Below, in pieces: positions 61,654 through 64,000 of a DNA stretch of 64,000 nt. The stretch lies in IMG/VR virus record IMGVR_UViG_3300024303_000041; one strand, 5' to 3'. The position numbers and the translations under genes were made by a program. The DNA is from an uncultured virus (IMG/VR IMGVR_UViG_3300024303_000041). Its lineage: Duplodnaviria > Heunggongvirae > Uroviricota > Caudoviricetes. Each line of letters opens with the position of its first letter. Within the stretch, counting starts at the first letter, position 1. Below the pieces are notes generated by a model that ran no database searches, had not been told where the DNA came from, and worked only from the letters and a program-made list of their open reading frames with translations.

Positions 61654-61966
61654 TAAAAAAAAGATAATTATGTAACTGTAAAAGGAATACTTATAAATAA
61701 TATGTACAACAAAAATTATAACATAAAAATTAATAAATATAAAAAAAGTAGTTATTGGAGTTTCAAGAACCCCCATTCTTGAAAAACCATAAAAAACAAT
61801 CCCGTAAAAATAGGGTTTTTAGAAATTACTACTATTTTTATTATGAGCAATATTTAAATTGCAATCATTGAGAATGCATTTGGTATATGTTTATATAATT
61901 GGGTTTGTTGGTTTATTTACTCCTATTTAATAGCTATTTTTTTAAAATAAAAGAGGAAAATAAAAT

Positions 61967-62224
61967 ATGAGTTACAAAACCAAAAATGGCGATGTTAAAA
62001 GCCAATTACATTTATATTTAACTCCTGAATTATACAACGAGTTAAAAGAAACTGTTTTAAAGTATAATAACAACACCTATGATAAAACCACAATTAGTGA
62101 ATTAATAAGATTTCTGATTACTGAATTTATCAAAAATTACAATACTGGTGTACATTATAAAGTTGAATTTTTGGAAAACTTACAAGAGTTTAGGGAAACC
62201 ACCAAAGGCGGTGTTAAACAATGA
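61967..62224 (+). CDS. RHH-like protein
   Basis: LHLYLTPELYNELK...TISELIRFLI. Confidence 0.65.
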   Translation: MSYKTKNGDVKSQLHLYLTPELYNELKETVLKYNNNTYDKTTISELIRFLITEFIKNYNTGVHYKVEFLENLQEFRETTKGGVKQ

Positions 62225-62526
62225 ATTTAGAATTAACATCATCAACATTGATTAAAGAAATTCATAATACTTTAATGGAAAACAGCACCATTAATAATGC
62301 TATCCGCTCCAAAAAGGACAAAAGCCCAATAAGGAATAGCACAATAATTGAATTGGCATTAATTAACTTATATGAAAATATCCATAATAAAAAGGATTTT
62401 GATAATTTAATATTGAATGTGTCCGACTTGTCAGACATAGAAGCCCCACAAGTCAATTATATTGATGACATCAACAGAATTAGGAGAGTAGAACTATTAA
62501 ACGAGTTGCAGAGGTGCAATATATAA
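62221..62526 (+). CDS. Possible RHH-like protein
   Basis: IRNSTIIELALINL helix; overlaps upstream gene. Confidence 0.45.
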   Translation: MNLELTSSTLIKEIHNTLMENSTINNAIRSKKDKSPIRNSTIIELALINLYENIHNKKDFDNLILNVSDLSDIEAPQVNYIDDINRIRRVELLNELQRCNI

Positions 62527-62704
62527 AAACACTTAAAAACAAATCTTAAAAAATAGCGGATTGGTGGGAACTTCTGAAACTGGAATTAATCCCACCAACA
62601 TTGAATAATTAATATTAATTTTTATTCAACATCTATATAAAGTTTATTTAATATCTGCTATTTTTTGGGTTTGTTTCAGATAATTAAAAGGAGGTTTAAT
62701 ATTT

Positions 62705-64000
62705 ATGTTGTCTGAAATAATAGAACCAACAATTATGGTGGCTGAATATGATAATTTTTATTTAATTTATGATGAATTGGAGTATCATTTAGGAGTTGCC
62801 AAAGAAAATACTATAATTTCACATCTGCCAGTATCAACCAAACCCCAACAATTAACAGACATATTAAACAGTGCAGATTATGACGGAATAGAAACAATAA
62901 ACAACAAAAAAGATAAAACCAAAGCGGAGCAAGATTTATTATTTTTATATAGTCATATGGATTCCAATAGCTCCAACAATGGTGAAAACATATTATTTGA
63001 ATTAATCACAATACTTGCGGATATTTCAGAAGAAATAAAACAAAACGGCAGTAGCTCCACCAATAAGGATATTTTAAACAATATCAATGATGACAAAGTA
63101 ATCAGCAAAATTAAAGAATTATCAGAAGCCAAAACCATTGAAAAGAATAGCAAAATATTTTTAGCTGATGGAGGAAAAAAAGGGGATATAATACAAGTAA
63201 AGAATAACAAAGAACTAAAAGAGGGTTTATACTATGAAAAAATGATTAAAAAAGGTGATGATTACGAACCCCATTATACATTAATAGGAAATATCACCAT
63301 ACAAGAATTAAAATTAACTTACGATAAGTTAAATTTATTTACACCAGTTACAACAATAAAATACACCAATACAACAACCAACCAAACTGTAACATTAGAG
63401 AAAAAGCCATATGAAGCAATAGCTAACAATTTAATAAATGATAGGTTGATTGATTCAAATAGTTTAGGAGTTGAAAACCTATTAAATAAAATATGGGTTC
63501 AGGGAGTCAATAAGATTGATTTCATAACTGCTGAAACAGATTTATTAAAAGATGGCTTCTTTATGGATATGGAAAACAATAAAGTATTATCAAACAATGT
63601 GTTTAATGATTTAGAAACCACCCCAAAAGATATAAAAGAAGCTATAAAGTTATTTAATGAGTTAATTAAAAATCGTGGAACTGCTATTCCCAATGATTGC
63701 ACATTATTTAGGTTTATGCTTTGGAGTCCTTTTGCATACTGCCTGAAACAATTGGGCTTTACTGATGGGCTTTATAGTATGGTTTTATGGGGAGTAACTG
63801 ACACCAACAAAACTGGATCAAGTGTTATGTTTTCAAATTTGTATACTGATAAAGATATAACATTACAAAAAGCCAACACCCAAAGTGCAATAGGTACAAG
63901 GTTGGGGGAAAATACATTCCCTTTAATCCTTGATGAAGCCAAAGACAATTTAACCAACCCCAATGATGAGGAATTTAACAAAAACATTGTTACTGATGAT
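62705..64000 (+). CDS. Rep/helicase-like P-loop ATPase, runs off window (not in ORF track)
   Basis: GGAGGT RBS, 432 open codons, variant Walker A VLWGVTDTNKT and Walker B PLILDEA. Confidence 0.75.
   Translation, partial: MLSEIIEPTIMVAEYDNFYLIYDELEYHLGVAKENTIISHLPVSTKPQQLTDILNSADYDGIETINNKKDKTKAEQDLLFLYSHMDSNSSNNGENILFELITILADISEEIKQNGSSSTNKDILNNINDDKVISKIKELSEAKTIEKNSKIFLADGGKKGDIIQVKNNKELKEGLYYEKMIKKGDDYEPHYTLIGNITIQELKLTYDKLNLFTPVTTIKYTNTTTNQTVTLEKKPYEAIANNLINDRLIDSNSLGVENLLNKIWVQGVNKIDFITAETDLLKDGFFMDMENNKVLSNNVFNDLETTPKDIKEAIKLFNELIKNRGTAIPNDCTLFRFMLWSPFAYCLKQLGFTDGLYSMVLWGVTDTNKTGSSVMFSNLYTDKDITLQKANTQSAIGTRLGENTFPLILDEAKDNLTNPNDEEFNKNIVTDD

Larger units (their letters stand above)
55342..64000. 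mobile_element. Plasmid-like/integrative replicon, apparently opened within its Rep/helicase gene
   Basis: Helicase N-terminus at window end, probable C-terminus at 55342, iterons, many RHH genes, no virion genes. Confidence 0.65.

Overview
AT-rich window with two apparent parts. (1) About 1-55.3 kb is most of a tailed archaeal virus (siphovirus-like Caudoviricetes), very likely infecting a pseudomurein-walled methanogen (Methanobacteriales, Methanobrevibacter-like). The host call rests on three pseudomurein-peptidase-like domains, adhesin-like Ig repeats, TTTATATA promoters, GGTGA/GGAGG ribosome-binding sites and an archaeal-type tRNA. The plus-strand late block (43-34251) holds portal, head, neck, tail tube, a frameshifted chaperone pair, tape measure, Ig-like adhesins with an embedded tyrosine recombinase, tail-tip enzymes and endolysin. 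The minus-strand early block (34614-49771) holds ERCC4 nuclease, HNH, ferredoxin, helicase, RecT/Bet, an AcrIII-1 ring nuclease, a second tyrosine recombinase and RHH regulators. A plus-strand accessory/terminal block follows, with a poly-G-split methyltransferase and three oriented short-motif arrays. (2) About 55.34-64 kb looks like a separate plasmid-like replicon: many RHH proteins, phased CTACCT iterons, and a helicase/Rep gene whose N-terminus is at the window end and whose probable C-terminus is at the junction. Main leads: a tRNA-Trp plus a D-armless tRNA-like element bracketing the +1-frameshifted tail-chaperone cassette; a variable adhesin cassette beside a dedicated recombinase; a G8/G9 switchable methyltransferase; recurring hairpins presenting AATCACCAC; and shared features suggesting a virus-satellite pair. 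All protein assignments are from motif recognition only, with no database searches.
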